Below, one piece after another: positions 53,495-63,294 of a DNA stretch of 64,000 nt. Made by a program: the position numbers and the translations under genes. The DNA is taken from positions 22,586 to 86,585 of the IMG/VR virus record IMGVR_UViG_2681813421_000002; one strand, written 5' to 3'. Numbering within the stretch: position 1 is the stretch's first letter; every line of letters starts with the position of its first letter. Under the pieces are notes generated by a model that had not been told where the DNA came from, made no database searches, and saw nothing but the letters and a program-made list of their open reading frames with translations. Source of the stretch: a virus (lineage: Duplodnaviria; Heunggongvirae; Uroviricota; Caudoviricetes).

Positions 53495-55177
53495 TTAATT
53501 GCTCATCACAAATTTTGCAAAGTTTATTAACTGTTCTGGCGTCCAGTTTTCCGGATCGTCACCGGACGACAACGGCGCGGATTCGTACATACCATGCTCG
53601 TTGTTTTGCTCTGATTCATTCGCCTTAAACTCTTTGATCATGGTGTTGAGAGTGTCATCGTCGATGTGCAACTGCTCAGTGAACAGATAACGCATAAACG
53701 CGTCGCTACCAGCCAGTTTCGGGTTGTTCTGGATCTGGTCCATAATTTGGGAGATGACAGCAACAAAGTTGGCGCGTGCATCCAGTTCTCGGTTTTCCTC
53801 TTCCTGGATAGCTGTGTTCATTGAGTTGAATTGCACGTCATAAGGGCGATTTGTTTCGGTGTAAACCTTGCCGTATTTATAAGCGAGGTGAATGTCCAGA
53901 AGCCGATAAATAGTTCGCTGGGCGGCCTGTCTGATCCAGTTCGCACGCAATGCAGCCTGGATAGCAGTTTGCTGCCAGCCGCCTTCTCCAAGCCCTCCGC
54001 TCATCTGATCAGCCCAGCCAAGCATTGTTGCGTCAATGCCGAGGCTTGCAGCAAGCTGCCGGAGGTGAAACATAACGTCTTCGATACCACTGATATCTGC
54101 GGGTATGGATTGCGTATCAATGGTGATGCCGTTCTTCCCGTCTCCCATAACAGGTATCAGATGGTTAAGCACAGTCGGAATAGCGTTGGCATTAATCGAC
54201 CTTTGCGCCACCAGGTCACTATGACGCTTCAATGCCTGGCTGACGCCACGCGTATAGTTCGCCGCATTAACCGGGTCCAGTGTGTTCGTCGTAAGAGCAA
54301 TCAGGCGGTCAATTTTGGCTGCATTATTTCGCGTTGATTTCAGCGCGGCGAGCGAAGCACATAAATTAAGGTAAGGTTCATAGCTGTATTCCAGGAATGA
54401 AGTTCCGTAATTCTGCGTCTCCATTAACGGCTTATCAGCCTGATCACTTAACAGTGAGTACCCTTTTGTGCCGTAGCTAACCGGAATAACTTTATGCTGT
54501 GGCGTCCAATAGGGATTTTTCATGGAAACCAGATTCCACGGTTCGGTTATTACTCTGCGCAAACTATGCGTATCCAGAATGTAATCACCACTGAAACCTA
54601 CCAGCTGGCTACCACGATAAAACTCCTGGACGAAGTGTGGCAGAGTGTAATAACTGGACTCAATGCCTGTTATCCCCCTGCCCTGTTCAGCATAAGGTCG
54701 GACATAAGACACCCCAAAGATCGCCATAATCATGGCCCATGAAGGAAGTCCGTCATTAATCATCGTCCCCAAATCAGCGGTTAACTCTTCACATCTACTT
54801 ACTGCCTCGGCATCGGAACCATCCTTTGGCGAAAGGATGAATGCTTGTCCGGTTTTTTTTGAAGGCGCAAGCGCATGTGCAATGTGAATATTTAAAGCCG
54901 TCGAGATAGTCGGGCTTTTAGCCATCGTTTCCAGGATGTTGTACTTTTGCAGGCGGTCGCCGGGCAGTTCTGCCGAAATTGATACTGTATCTGCCGCGCT
55001 TGTCATGCCATCGCTATTGCCACCCAGTATCCCCGGACGTAAAGCGGACAGACCAGAACGCGCAACGACACTATGACCGCTCGTAAAAACGACCGGATCG
55101 GCAGGCGTGACATCGCCACTGTTGAAGGCTTTCTTCAATGCCGACAGAAAGCCTTTGTTTTTGTCTTTCGTTGCCAT
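53495..55177 (-). CDS. Portal-like protein (positional/size call)
   Basis: 560 aa in morphogenetic block downstream of the Dar operon. Confidence 0.45.
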   Translation of the reverse strand: MATKDKNKGFLSALKKAFNSGDVTPADPVVFTSGHSVVARSGLSALRPGILGGNSDGMTSAADTVSISAELPGDRLQKYNILETMAKSPTISTALNIHIAHALAPSKKTGQAFILSPKDGSDAEAVSRCEELTADLGTMINDGLPSWAMIMAIFGVSYVRPYAEQGRGITGIESSYYTLPHFVQEFYRGSQLVGFSGDYILDTHSLRRVITEPWNLVSMKNPYWTPQHKVIPVSYGTKGYSLLSDQADKPLMETQNYGTSFLEYSYEPYLNLCASLAALKSTRNNAAKIDRLIALTTNTLDPVNAANYTRGVSQALKRHSDLVAQRSINANAIPTVLNHLIPVMGDGKNGITIDTQSIPADISGIEDVMFHLRQLAASLGIDATMLGWADQMSGGLGEGGWQQTAIQAALRANWIRQAAQRTIYRLLDIHLAYKYGKVYTETNRPYDVQFNSMNTAIQEEENRELDARANFVAVISQIMDQIQNNPKLAGSDAFMRYLFTEQLHIDDDTLNTMIKEFKANESEQNNEHGMYESAPLSSGDDPENWTPEQLINFAKFVMSN

Positions 55178-55358
55178 GAGTCACCGCGAAATGTTTTCAG
55201 TTTGCGGCAGCATAATCAGTATGTGATTTTTGATGATGGATCTTTTCAACTAGAAATATTGGCTGGCCCCTCTCGTAACAAAGTGAAGAATAAAACTTGA
55301 ATATGCACATTGTGCGCATTAAGATTGAAAAAGTTGACCACTTTGCTGCGGAGAAATC

Positions 55359-55663
55359 CCATGAAAAGCTCTTTAATTAATTCCAAATTACACCAACTTG
55401 CTATCAAAAATCGAGTTCCTGCATGGTCGGTTTACATGCATATCAGCCGCGCATGTCTGAGCAATGAAAACATTTACAATCTGCAAATTCTAAGCCGGGA
55501 AGGCAGGACTTTGTTTAGCGTTGCAGAGGATTCCTATAAGGCCTGGGATATGCTGGATGACGCGTTAAGCCAATACGCGCAAACAGAAGAATGCCAAAAA
55601 GAATGGGCCAGGTACTGTGATGAAGGGATGCCATGCTGCGGTCTATTCGGCGCAGCTCTGTGA
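55359..55663 (+). CDS. Hypothetical protein (first gene of two-gene plus-strand cassette)
   Basis: Start taken at MKSSLINSK; Cys-rich C-terminus. Confidence 0.4.
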
Positions 55664-55675
55664 ATCGATTCAACG

Positions 55676-55939
55676 ATGATATACTTCGTTGCGAATCACA
55701 GCATTGGCAAAGGGCATATTGTGAAACAACTCCCACCAAACACCCCGGAAACTATAATTGAAATCCGCCAGCGAATGGGGCTAACGCAAACGGAGTTAGC
55801 CCACAAAATGGGGTATCAACTCCGGGCTTGGCAATTCAAAGAAGATAGAAATAAACCGAGACGCCTTATGGCTGGTGAATTTGAGTACCTGTTATTGCTT
55901 GCTGGAGAGCATCCTGAATTTATTCTTACACCACGCTAA
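55676..55939 (+). CDS. XRE-type HTH DNA-binding protein
   Basis: 87 aa; IRQRMGLTQTELAHKMG HTH. Confidence 0.5.
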   Translation: MIYFVANHSIGKGHIVKQLPPNTPETIIEIRQRMGLTQTELAHKMGYQLRAWQFKEDRNKPRRLMAGEFEYLLLLAGEHPEFILTPR

Positions 55940-55960
55940 AAAAACCCGCCTGACGGCGGG
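55938..55960 (-). terminator. Rho-independent terminator (strong on minus strand, weaker on plus)
   Basis: CCCGCC-TGAC-GGCGGG with a 7-T run on minus strand. Confidence 0.55.
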
Positions 55961-55973
55961 ATTATCAATCATA

Positions 55974-56267
55974 TCAATTCACATCAATGTCTTGATATGA
56001 TTCGCCAGTATCGTCTTCGTCGTCAGGATCTCCTTCCACCTCTGGCCACTCAACCTCCCAGCCAACAGTTTCCAGGCTCCGCAGAACAAACACCCCATCG
56101 GCATGAATGGTATTCACGATCCCCATTGCGGAATTTGTGTTGATAAAGCGTAAATCTTGCGCAATATTTTCTTCCGAAATATCGCCTTCAAATATACGCA
56201 ATGTGCCGTCATCAGAGCATTCAACAATCCCTCTAATCCCAGCGGGACTCACAATGCTATACTTCAT
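55974..56267 (-). CDS. Small acidic protein at distal end of Dar operon
   Basis: 97 aa, D/E-rich C-terminus. Confidence 0.35.
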   Translation of the reverse strand: MKYSIVSPAGIRGIVECSDDGTLRIFEGDISEENIAQDLRFINTNSAMGIVNTIHADGVFVLRSLETVGWEVEWPEVEGDPDDEDDTGESYQDIDVN

Positions 56268-59200
56268 TTTGCAACTCCTTCATACATCCCAAGAAAAATT
56301 CCAGCACGCCGTCATTGTTTAATACAGAGTTAGTCGCCTGCTCCGGATCGGCATACATCTGCAAGGCCATAGAAAAAATCTCAGTCGCCCTGCAATTGCT
56401 TAATGCAGGTGGCTTTGATATAAATCTGCCGCTGACAGAACTTACCGTATTTTCCATATAAATTTTAGACATATATCCATGACTTAGGTCGGTTCGCACC
56501 AAATACTCAGCACTGCCACGGCTACCAATATTATGATAAGAAACTTTACCGTTAGTTTTTGATTTAATGAAGGCTTTGGCCCTCTCCAATAGATGGGGAT
56601 TTGAATGTTCTATATGGTGACCTATTTCATGCCATAATACACGCTCGTGATCACTATTAGCATCAATTGTTATATTCCCATTTCGACTTGCAAAAGCACG
56701 AACATTGTTCTTGTGGTTAATATTTTTTAATGTAGATAAAGTCCCTCCTGAAATAATATAGGCTTTTTCAATCGTCTCGCGAATACTGTATGCTTTACGG
56801 GAGAAAGTTTCATTATCGTGACCACTTAACTGCTCTGCTTCATCAGAAATAGCAATCCCACGACTCCATTCCTTAGACTGGTCATGTGACACATTTGACG
56901 ATTCAAGAATCATGTCAAATGCGGCTCTGACTTTTTTATGTACTACATTTTCAAGCGCATTAGGATAGGCTTTTTGTCCACGTGTTAATGAAGCTATTTC
57001 ATATAGTTCTGCTTGCAAGTCTTCCGGTATGTCCAGATTAAAAACAAGCATTTTTTTCAGATCATATCCAATCCCATGATCATTCTGGTGCAAAACCTCA
57101 GCAAGGTAGTCAGTGAGTTTTTCCTTATTTGACCTAACTTTATTGATTTGTTCTATAGTAAAGTCAACACGCTCCTTGATTCCGTAATATGAGGAATGCT
57201 CTGCTAATTCCACTATCTCCTTAAGCCTGACAAGTGTCTCAATATACGCATCAGCGATCTCCTCTGCCGTTAGTTCAGAGCTAACTCCGACACTGGCTGT
57301 TATTTTCCTACCAGCCGCCATAATATCGTCGATATTATGCAAGCTCTTTTTGAATAACTTCAAAGTATTTTGGATTATGCACACCATCTCTTCTGCGCTT
57401 CCAGCTTTATTCATTTCCTTTCTAAATCTTAAAGCTGTTTTCTCTGCAATAGACGCTGGAGATTTTAAATAGTTACCTAACCAAACAAGACAACCATTGC
57501 GCAATTCATCAATACTAAAGTCATCAGGAATATGTTTTGCTGCATTATGTAAAACACGTATAAATTGTTCAGCGGGCACGCCTTCTTCTGATATGTTGCA
57601 AAACGTTTCAATATCACAATCAATATTTCTTTCATCTGCGAGCGAAGGAGCTTCATCTCCTTTTTCAATCGCGTCACGCAGTGCGTTAGCATAAAAATTG
57701 CTGCGTTGATAAGACAATAACATCGTTGTTAACACAGCGTCGCTGTATCCATAACGTTTAGCCCACTCCTTAATCTCATTAACGGTGACATTGCGAATAT
57801 AAAAACCAAGTTCCAAAAATACATTGCGCTTTATTTTTTTTGCGGACTCCTTAATTTTTTCTGACACCTTCACGATTCGGATCAAGTCCTCCACGCTGGT
57901 CGCATCAGCAATTAGCTTTGAAATGTATGGTTCGACATCTCCTGAAACCGATTCAAACATGGCGAAATTAAGCCCTTTACCTTCGCCATACTCAGCCTCA
58001 ATTTCATCAGAAACGGCAGATAAAATGCTACGCAGATCGACATCTCCGCCGCCGAACATATCGCCTAACGCTTGTTGCTGGTGAATAAGTTCATCGTTAA
58101 TTTTTTGCGCCAGTTTCTTGAAAGCTGCCCCCATTCGCTTAGCGCTTCGGTTGTTGGCAACAATAAACAGAGCAAGCGCTTCTGCTTCCGGAGTGCTATC
58201 TCCAAACAATCCACGCTGTGCGATCACCTCTTCTACTGCCTGACCGTTATCTTTTGCTTCACGAACAAGGTTAATTGCTTCCTGTAGCGCGGCAATAGCC
58301 TGTTTATCCAGACCATTCAATTGCTCTATACCGTCTACCAGTCCGGTTACCGTGTCATGGTGAACATCACCTGAAAGCGACTGCATTTGCGCAAAATCGC
58401 TGGCTGCCGTATTTAATGCGGTAAGAATGTTACGCATTTCCGGATCTGGCTCTTCCGCCACCAGCCGAACAAGCCTTTCATCCTTGTACGCTTTGGCAAA
58501 AATTGCATTCTGGATGCGGTCGATAAGTTGTTTCGTTGGACGCCCATCGGCAGTAAGCAAACCTGCCGTCGCCGTATCACCTATTTCGCGCAAAAACGCA
58601 CGAATAAACGCATCATTGGACCGCGCCAGTAGATTTCCATCATCTGAAGGATTAAATAGCGCCATGACGCTCTCAGTGAGAAATTGCGCATCCGCATACG
58701 CTTTTTCACTTGCAGCCATCTCTTGCAGATCGCTGATGTTTGAATCACGGGCAAATTGTGCGCGGTCTACATCTGTGAGTCTTTCTCGCACCAATACGGG
58801 CATAGACATTTGTGAAATGTCGTCAGGATTCAGACCAAACTCTTTTGCATGATCGATCAGGTACTGGCGATATTCATCCGCCTGCCCTTGCTCATAGGCA
58901 CGCCAGATACCCATGCTCCTTCCGTTGCCGGATTCAACAACGTTGTCCGGACCAACTATCGGCGCTCCGTGGCTGCTCATGCCGGAATCCGTTAATTGTG
59001 CCGGGCGTAAATTGGAGGCAATACGGTTAACCTGGAGTTTGCTTGATAGCCGTGTACGGTCACGTGGCTGGAGTTCTTCCGGGAAGGCCGGATTAATCGT
59101 ACCGTCAAGGTTGTTCGAAATGATCAGACTGCTGGCATCAACGACCTTAAAAGCCGTCTTTACCTCTGCCCCTTTACTGGTGACTACGTAACTACTGCGC

Positions 59201-59298
59201 CCCTGGCGTGTTTCTCGCCTCTCTAATGAAGAAACCAGCGCAATAACACTGTTAATGTCTGCTGCTTCGGATAGCGCGGAAGTAACTGACTTGTTCAA
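56257..59298 (-). CDS. ddrB: DdrB-like large virion-associated antirestriction component with C-terminal HExxH motif
   Basis: 1013 aa; position and size match P1 ddrB; WHEIGHHIEH near C-terminus. Confidence 0.5.
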   Translation of the reverse strand: MNKSVTSALSEAADINSVIALVSSLERRETRQGRSSYVVTSKGAEVKTAFKVVDASSLIISNNLDGTINPAFPEELQPRDRTRLSSKLQVNRIASNLRPAQLTDSGMSSHGAPIVGPDNVVESGNGRSMGIWRAYEQGQADEYRQYLIDHAKEFGLNPDDISQMSMPVLVRERLTDVDRAQFARDSNISDLQEMAASEKAYADAQFLTESVMALFNPSDDGNLLARSNDAFIRAFLREIGDTATAGLLTADGRPTKQLIDRIQNAIFAKAYKDERLVRLVAEEPDPEMRNILTALNTAASDFAQMQSLSGDVHHDTVTGLVDGIEQLNGLDKQAIAALQEAINLVREAKDNGQAVEEVIAQRGLFGDSTPEAEALALFIVANNRSAKRMGAAFKKLAQKINDELIHQQQALGDMFGGGDVDLRSILSAVSDEIEAEYGEGKGLNFAMFESVSGDVEPYISKLIADATSVEDLIRIVKVSEKIKESAKKIKRNVFLELGFYIRNVTVNEIKEWAKRYGYSDAVLTTMLLSYQRSNFYANALRDAIEKGDEAPSLADERNIDCDIETFCNISEEGVPAEQFIRVLHNAAKHIPDDFSIDELRNGCLVWLGNYLKSPASIAEKTALRFRKEMNKAGSAEEMVCIIQNTLKLFKKSLHNIDDIMAAGRKITASVGVSSELTAEEIADAYIETLVRLKEIVELAEHSSYYGIKERVDFTIEQINKVRSNKEKLTDYLAEVLHQNDHGIGYDLKKMLVFNLDIPEDLQAELYEIASLTRGQKAYPNALENVVHKKVRAAFDMILESSNVSHDQSKEWSRGIAISDEAEQLSGHDNETFSRKAYSIRETIEKAYIISGGTLSTLKNINHKNNVRAFASRNGNITIDANSDHERVLWHEIGHHIEHSNPHLLERAKAFIKSKTNGKVSYHNIGSRGSAEYLVRTDLSHGYMSKIYMENTVSSVSGRFISKPPALSNCRATEIFSMALQMYADPEQATNSVLNNDGVLEFFLGCMKELQNEV

Positions 59299-59391
59299 AA
59301 TACACTCCCCTTACATAGAAAGCAGGAAGTGTAAAAAGTGTGTGATTTATGGACTTACAGGAAAGTGAAAGGGGCATTTCAGCCCCTTTGA

Positions 59392-59766
59392 TTACCCTGC
59401 ATAACCGTTGGCTTTCACCCAGCTTATGGTCTGCTCTTTAGCCTGTTCCAACGTAAGGAACTCGCCAACATAGTTTGAGATCCCACGCAGCGCATCAATA
59501 AATTCCATTTGTGTGGACTTTGTGAACACACCGCCCAGGAAGTCAGTCACTATCTTAGGAACTTCATCTGCAACAGGATCAGACTGTGGGTGCGGTTGCG
59601 GTTCCGATATCGGTTGAGCGGCAGCACCCAGCCCCAGCTTAAGCATCAGATCAACAATCTGCTTACCAATTGCGACGCGTTGTAATACTGGCGCGGTTTT
59701 CTGCGCCTGCATTAAATCTGATAGCTCTTTACCCAATTTCAGACGGTCTAAAACAGAGATAGTCAT
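59392..59766 (-). CDS. ddrA: DdrA-like protein (positional call)
   Basis: 124 aa between darA-like and ddrB-like genes. Confidence 0.4.
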   Translation of the reverse strand: MTISVLDRLKLGKELSDLMQAQKTAPVLQRVAIGKQIVDLMLKLGLGAAAQPISEPQPHPQSDPVADEVPKIVTDFLGGVFTKSTQMEFIDALRGISNYVGEFLTLEQAKEQTISWVKANGYAG

Positions 59767-61709
59767 TAAGCACCTCCCTGCTGAATTTCAGCCAGGATGT
59801 TGATCAGGTAGTCAACTGCTGCGCCAACCGTTGATTCGTTCTCGTCGTATCGACCAGCACTGATAAGAGCGTTTGCAGCTTCCTGCACATGGTCAAGTTC
59901 GGCACTGATTACCGTCAGATCGCGGGATGTAAACTGCACCGGGACGGATTTAAGGTACTCCAACGCTTTATCTGCTTCCTGATCAGCTTCAGTTGCCGCT
60001 TCTCCAGCGTCTTCCGGCGTTGGCTGTTGCTCTGGTTCTGTTTGTGGGTGGGATTCTGGCTCAACTACAGGTGCTAATTCAGGCTCTGGCGTTGCTTCGT
60101 TTGAATGATTTTGAAGGGCGTTATATACGTCCATAATGAAAAGGTTCTCCCCATCACCAAGCGGATAAGCCACGTTTGGAAACGCTTTGCGGAAAAGAAT
60201 TTTCACTTGCGCCTTGAATGTTTTCAGGTCACTGCCAAACAGGTCTACATAGCCATCAATATGTTTCGACATGCTGGACACAACCAATTGGCCTGCAAAA
60301 TCTTTCAGCTCATCTTCATCAGGAAGATAGAGCAACTCGTACTGGCTGACTTCTTCATCTGTCAGTTTACGGTCATACGTAATGATACCGTGACGAGCAT
60401 ATTCATAATACTGATCAGCCTGGTCAGGACGATCAAGCACGGCTTTATTTCCATCCGGAACAGCACCAACACCAGCCGGACGAGATTGAAGTGCATAGTG
60501 GTATTTACCTACATCCTGGCTCTCTGGTTGTGATACTGGGTTCGTCTCGGGGTCTGTCTGTGGTGGTTCGGGGTCTTCCTGCTGGCCTGGTAACACATCA
60601 ACTTTATATTTATCTGCGTTATGCTCTCGGTAGGCTTTAAGTAATTTGGTTGCAGCATCTGCCAAACTGCCTCCTTTGACAGCACTGGCATCAATACTGA
60701 ATTTACCTTCAGGTGCTACTATCGTAACGAAATTATCACTGCCGGACGTGACATAATTAACTTCAGCGCCATTATCCAGCACTGTTTTTCCGTCAATGGC
60801 AAGATTATGTTTTACATGTCGCAGCTGGTCACTAAACGCTCGTTCTTTCGTTTTTTCACCTTTAGCAGACAACAATTTATCGCGTTTTGCTTGTAATTCC
60901 TCGTTGATGGCTTTCTGGGCATCAAGTTTTTTTTGCATCTCCGTAAGAGCAGCACGCTTTTCAGTCAGCCCACGTTGCGCAACTTCCACCTGATCAATCA
61001 TTATTGACCGTTCTTCTGCCAGTTTATCTGCTTCATTGAGATAACTCTCAATATCTGCCTTCATTTTGTCCTGGCGCTCTTTTGCTTTCTTAAATTTTTC
61101 GCTGTTACGCTCAATCAAATTAGATAGCGCCTGGCATACCTGGCTTAAAGAAACATCTCTCCCACCAATCGGGGCGACAACGTGAGTTACGTTACGTTTA
61201 TTAAGTAAAAACTGAAATGCAACAAGCTCGTCGTTACTCTTTATTTTTGCCCCGTCAGCTGTTGGAGAGTGGAAAATTATGCTTGTACTCTGCCCGTCAG
61301 TAAGCGGTATCTGCGCGGTCAAAACAGGGATATTAGCTACCCGACGTACACGACCGATAATCGCACCTCCAATACAATTACGTCCATTTTCATCGGTCCC
61401 AGCTTCATCAGTCCCTGCCATAATATTCGTACCATTCAGGCCACGATTCAGCGCACGGACGAAAGCTCGCATTGTTTGAGCTAACCGAATTCTGGTTGTA
61501 GTTATGGACTCAAACATAGCTTCGTCAGACACAACCAGAATTTCATTGCCCATATAGGCAAGCTCAATATCTTCTAAGGTCGCCGCCTCAAAAATCAGGT
61601 CATCTTCGCTTAATTCTTCTGAAGACCAGCGACTTGGCATATAGCCGGGGATCGTATCAGCAAAAGTAGACTGAATATTAATTCGTAAAGGATTGTTAAT
61701 CATGCTCAT
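59766..61709 (-). CDS. darA: DarA-like antirestriction/head protein
   Basis: About 647 aa; internal coiled-coil and Pro/Glu-rich linkers; operon position hdf-darA-ddrA-ddrB. Confidence 0.5.
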   Translation of the reverse strand: MSMINNPLRINIQSTFADTIPGYMPSRWSSEELSEDDLIFEAATLEDIELAYMGNEILVVSDEAMFESITTTRIRLAQTMRAFVRALNRGLNGTNIMAGTDEAGTDENGRNCIGGAIIGRVRRVANIPVLTAQIPLTDGQSTSIIFHSPTADGAKIKSNDELVAFQFLLNKRNVTHVVAPIGGRDVSLSQVCQALSNLIERNSEKFKKAKERQDKMKADIESYLNEADKLAEERSIMIDQVEVAQRGLTEKRAALTEMQKKLDAQKAINEELQAKRDKLLSAKGEKTKERAFSDQLRHVKHNLAIDGKTVLDNGAEVNYVTSGSDNFVTIVAPEGKFSIDASAVKGGSLADAATKLLKAYREHNADKYKVDVLPGQQEDPEPPQTDPETNPVSQPESQDVGKYHYALQSRPAGVGAVPDGNKAVLDRPDQADQYYEYARHGIITYDRKLTDEEVSQYELLYLPDEDELKDFAGQLVVSSMSKHIDGYVDLFGSDLKTFKAQVKILFRKAFPNVAYPLGDGENLFIMDVYNALQNHSNEATPEPELAPVVEPESHPQTEPEQQPTPEDAGEAATEADQEADKALEYLKSVPVQFTSRDLTVISAELDHVQEAANALISAGRYDENESTVGAAVDYLINILAEIQQGGA

Positions 61710-62316
61710 CCTCCAGGCGCGCGATTTCTTCTTTAAGAGCACGTGTCTTAGCTACTTCCTGAGACAAGGCAGCTTTAACGTTACCCGTATCTTGTATTAC
61801 TTTGTCTGACTTGCTCTGGAGTTTAGACAGTTTGTCGTTAGCATTAGCGATATCTTCACGGAGTGCATCACGTGATTCTTTCGCTTCAGCTAATTTCTGA
61901 GCGTTAGATTTAACTCCCTGCCGCTTCTTATTTCCGTCATCAATATTTTTTGCTGCACGAGCAAGTTTTCGAGCTAATGACTTCTGGAAAGAAGTTGCTC
62001 CGCGATTAAATAAAGCCGCAAGAGATTGCCCCAAAGCCGACATTGTTTTTACTGGCTTGAACGGTACTGTTTTACCATTCAGTTTGATCCCAGATATATC
62101 ACCGGTATCGTTAACCTGAACTTCCATTGTCTGTTCATCAATACCAATAAGGGTAAACGTGCGCGTCATGATCCCATCTTTCTTCCTGCCATTACTTGCA
62201 GGGATCACCCTCGCTATCTTGTAACCACCTTTGCTGATTTCTTTGACGAGTTTTGCCAGCCCCTTTTCGTTTAACTCATCATAATTAAGAAGAACATAAT
62301 TATTCTTATTTGACAT
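61696..62316 (-). CDS. hdf: Hdf-like protein (positional call)
   Basis: 206 aa between lydB-like and darA-like genes. Confidence 0.4.
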   Translation of the reverse strand: MSNKNNYVLLNYDELNEKGLAKLVKEISKGGYKIARVIPASNGRKKDGIMTRTFTLIGIDEQTMEVQVNDTGDISGIKLNGKTVPFKPVKTMSALGQSLAALFNRGATSFQKSLARKLARAAKNIDDGNKKRQGVKSNAQKLAEAKESRDALREDIANANDKLSKLQSKSDKVIQDTGNVKAALSQEVAKTRALKEEIARLEDEHD

Positions 62317-62752
62317 CCCAGTCTCCTTTACGCTTTTCGATCGTAAACTGGCGCTCTATGCAGTCATTGATAGGGAAAATGCGATAAAGCGGATTCAGTC
62401 GGCAGTTACCGTTAGTCAATGTGACTTTCAGATCCCACTTCGTTGGCTCAAGATATTTCGTATCGATGAGCAAATACTCTTCTCTCTCACCGCGTTTTGA
62501 GGCGTCAACTGGTCGCGTTTTCCCTGAAATAACCACAGATGGATTTTTCAGGTCTTGCAACCAATATTCGATTTGAGCATTGCTGACCCAGCTTCGCTTA
62601 ACACGTAGCGAAACAGGAAATGCTATAGCGGATTCTTTCACTACAGCGTCACCAATACTCAAAATCTCAACACTCTTGCGACGAAAAATGAAACGGTCAA
62701 TGATGGCAACAAATGCCATGATAAAAATGAAATAATTTCCAAAGTTACCCAT
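62306..62752 (-). CDS. lydB: LydB-like antiholin (positional call)
   Basis: 148 aa with N-terminal hydrophobic segment, downstream of holin-like gene. Confidence 0.45.
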   Translation of the reverse strand: MGNFGNYFIFIMAFVAIIDRFIFRRKSVEILSIGDAVVKESAIAFPVSLRVKRSWVSNAQIEYWLQDLKNPSVVISGKTRPVDASKRGEREEYLLIDTKYLEPTKWDLKVTLTNGNCRLNPLYRIFPINDCIERQFTIEKRKGDWDVK

Positions 62753-63078
62753 TATTTCTCTCCACCTTTTCCCCCATTCGCTATTACGCTTAAGAGATTC
62801 AAGACGTTACTAGCTCTGGACTTCAAGCCCTGTAAAATTTCACTACCGTTGTTACTGGCAATCAGAACAACGCAGAAAATGATACCTTCAGGCCATTCTT
62901 GGCTAACCGCCACCCCATACCCCGCAAGCCCGGCTGTTACCGCAGTAAACAATTCACTCGCAAGATTGAGCAGGGACGCAGAAATGCGCCCGTCTCTAAC
63001 TCCGAGAAGGAATACGCCGGTTCCACTTAGTAGGGATGTTATGACTACTACAGCCAGATTTTCATAATCTGCAAACAT
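62752..63078 (-). CDS. lydA: Holin-like membrane protein (LydA-like)
   Basis: 108 aa with three hydrophobic helices and charged C-terminus. Confidence 0.5.
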   Translation of the reverse strand: MFADYENLAVVVITSLLSGTGVFLLGVRDGRISASLLNLASELFTAVTAGLAGYGVAVSQEWPEGIIFCVVLIASNNGSEILQGLKSRASNVLNLLSVIANGGKGGEK

Positions 63079-63181
63079 ACCCCTCCAGAAATAACATCTA
63101 ATGCGCCACTAACTTAGTCAGTTTGTTATTTCCTTACAGGACATCTTCTAGGATCGTATCCTTAGCATACAAGGGAGACAT

Positions 63182-63220
63182 ATGCTTATTGGATACATTC
63201 GCATATCAACAAATGATGAT
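63182..63220 (+). pseudogene. Remnant 5-prime end of a second serine recombinase gene
   Basis: Encodes MLIGYIRISTND with its own AAGGGAG ribosome-binding site, then loses homology; the frame runs antisense into cin. Confidence 0.4.
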
Positions 63221-63294
63221 GCGCCGCGCGATAAATGCACTCTATCTTGTGCGATAAATGGCATCCACGCGGCGTTTCATTATTTGAAAAAGAA

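Noticed and set aside
62849-63067. 72-aa plus-strand ORF antisense to the holin-like gene
   Set aside because: Fully contained in the holin-like ORF, with no start context or family resemblance.
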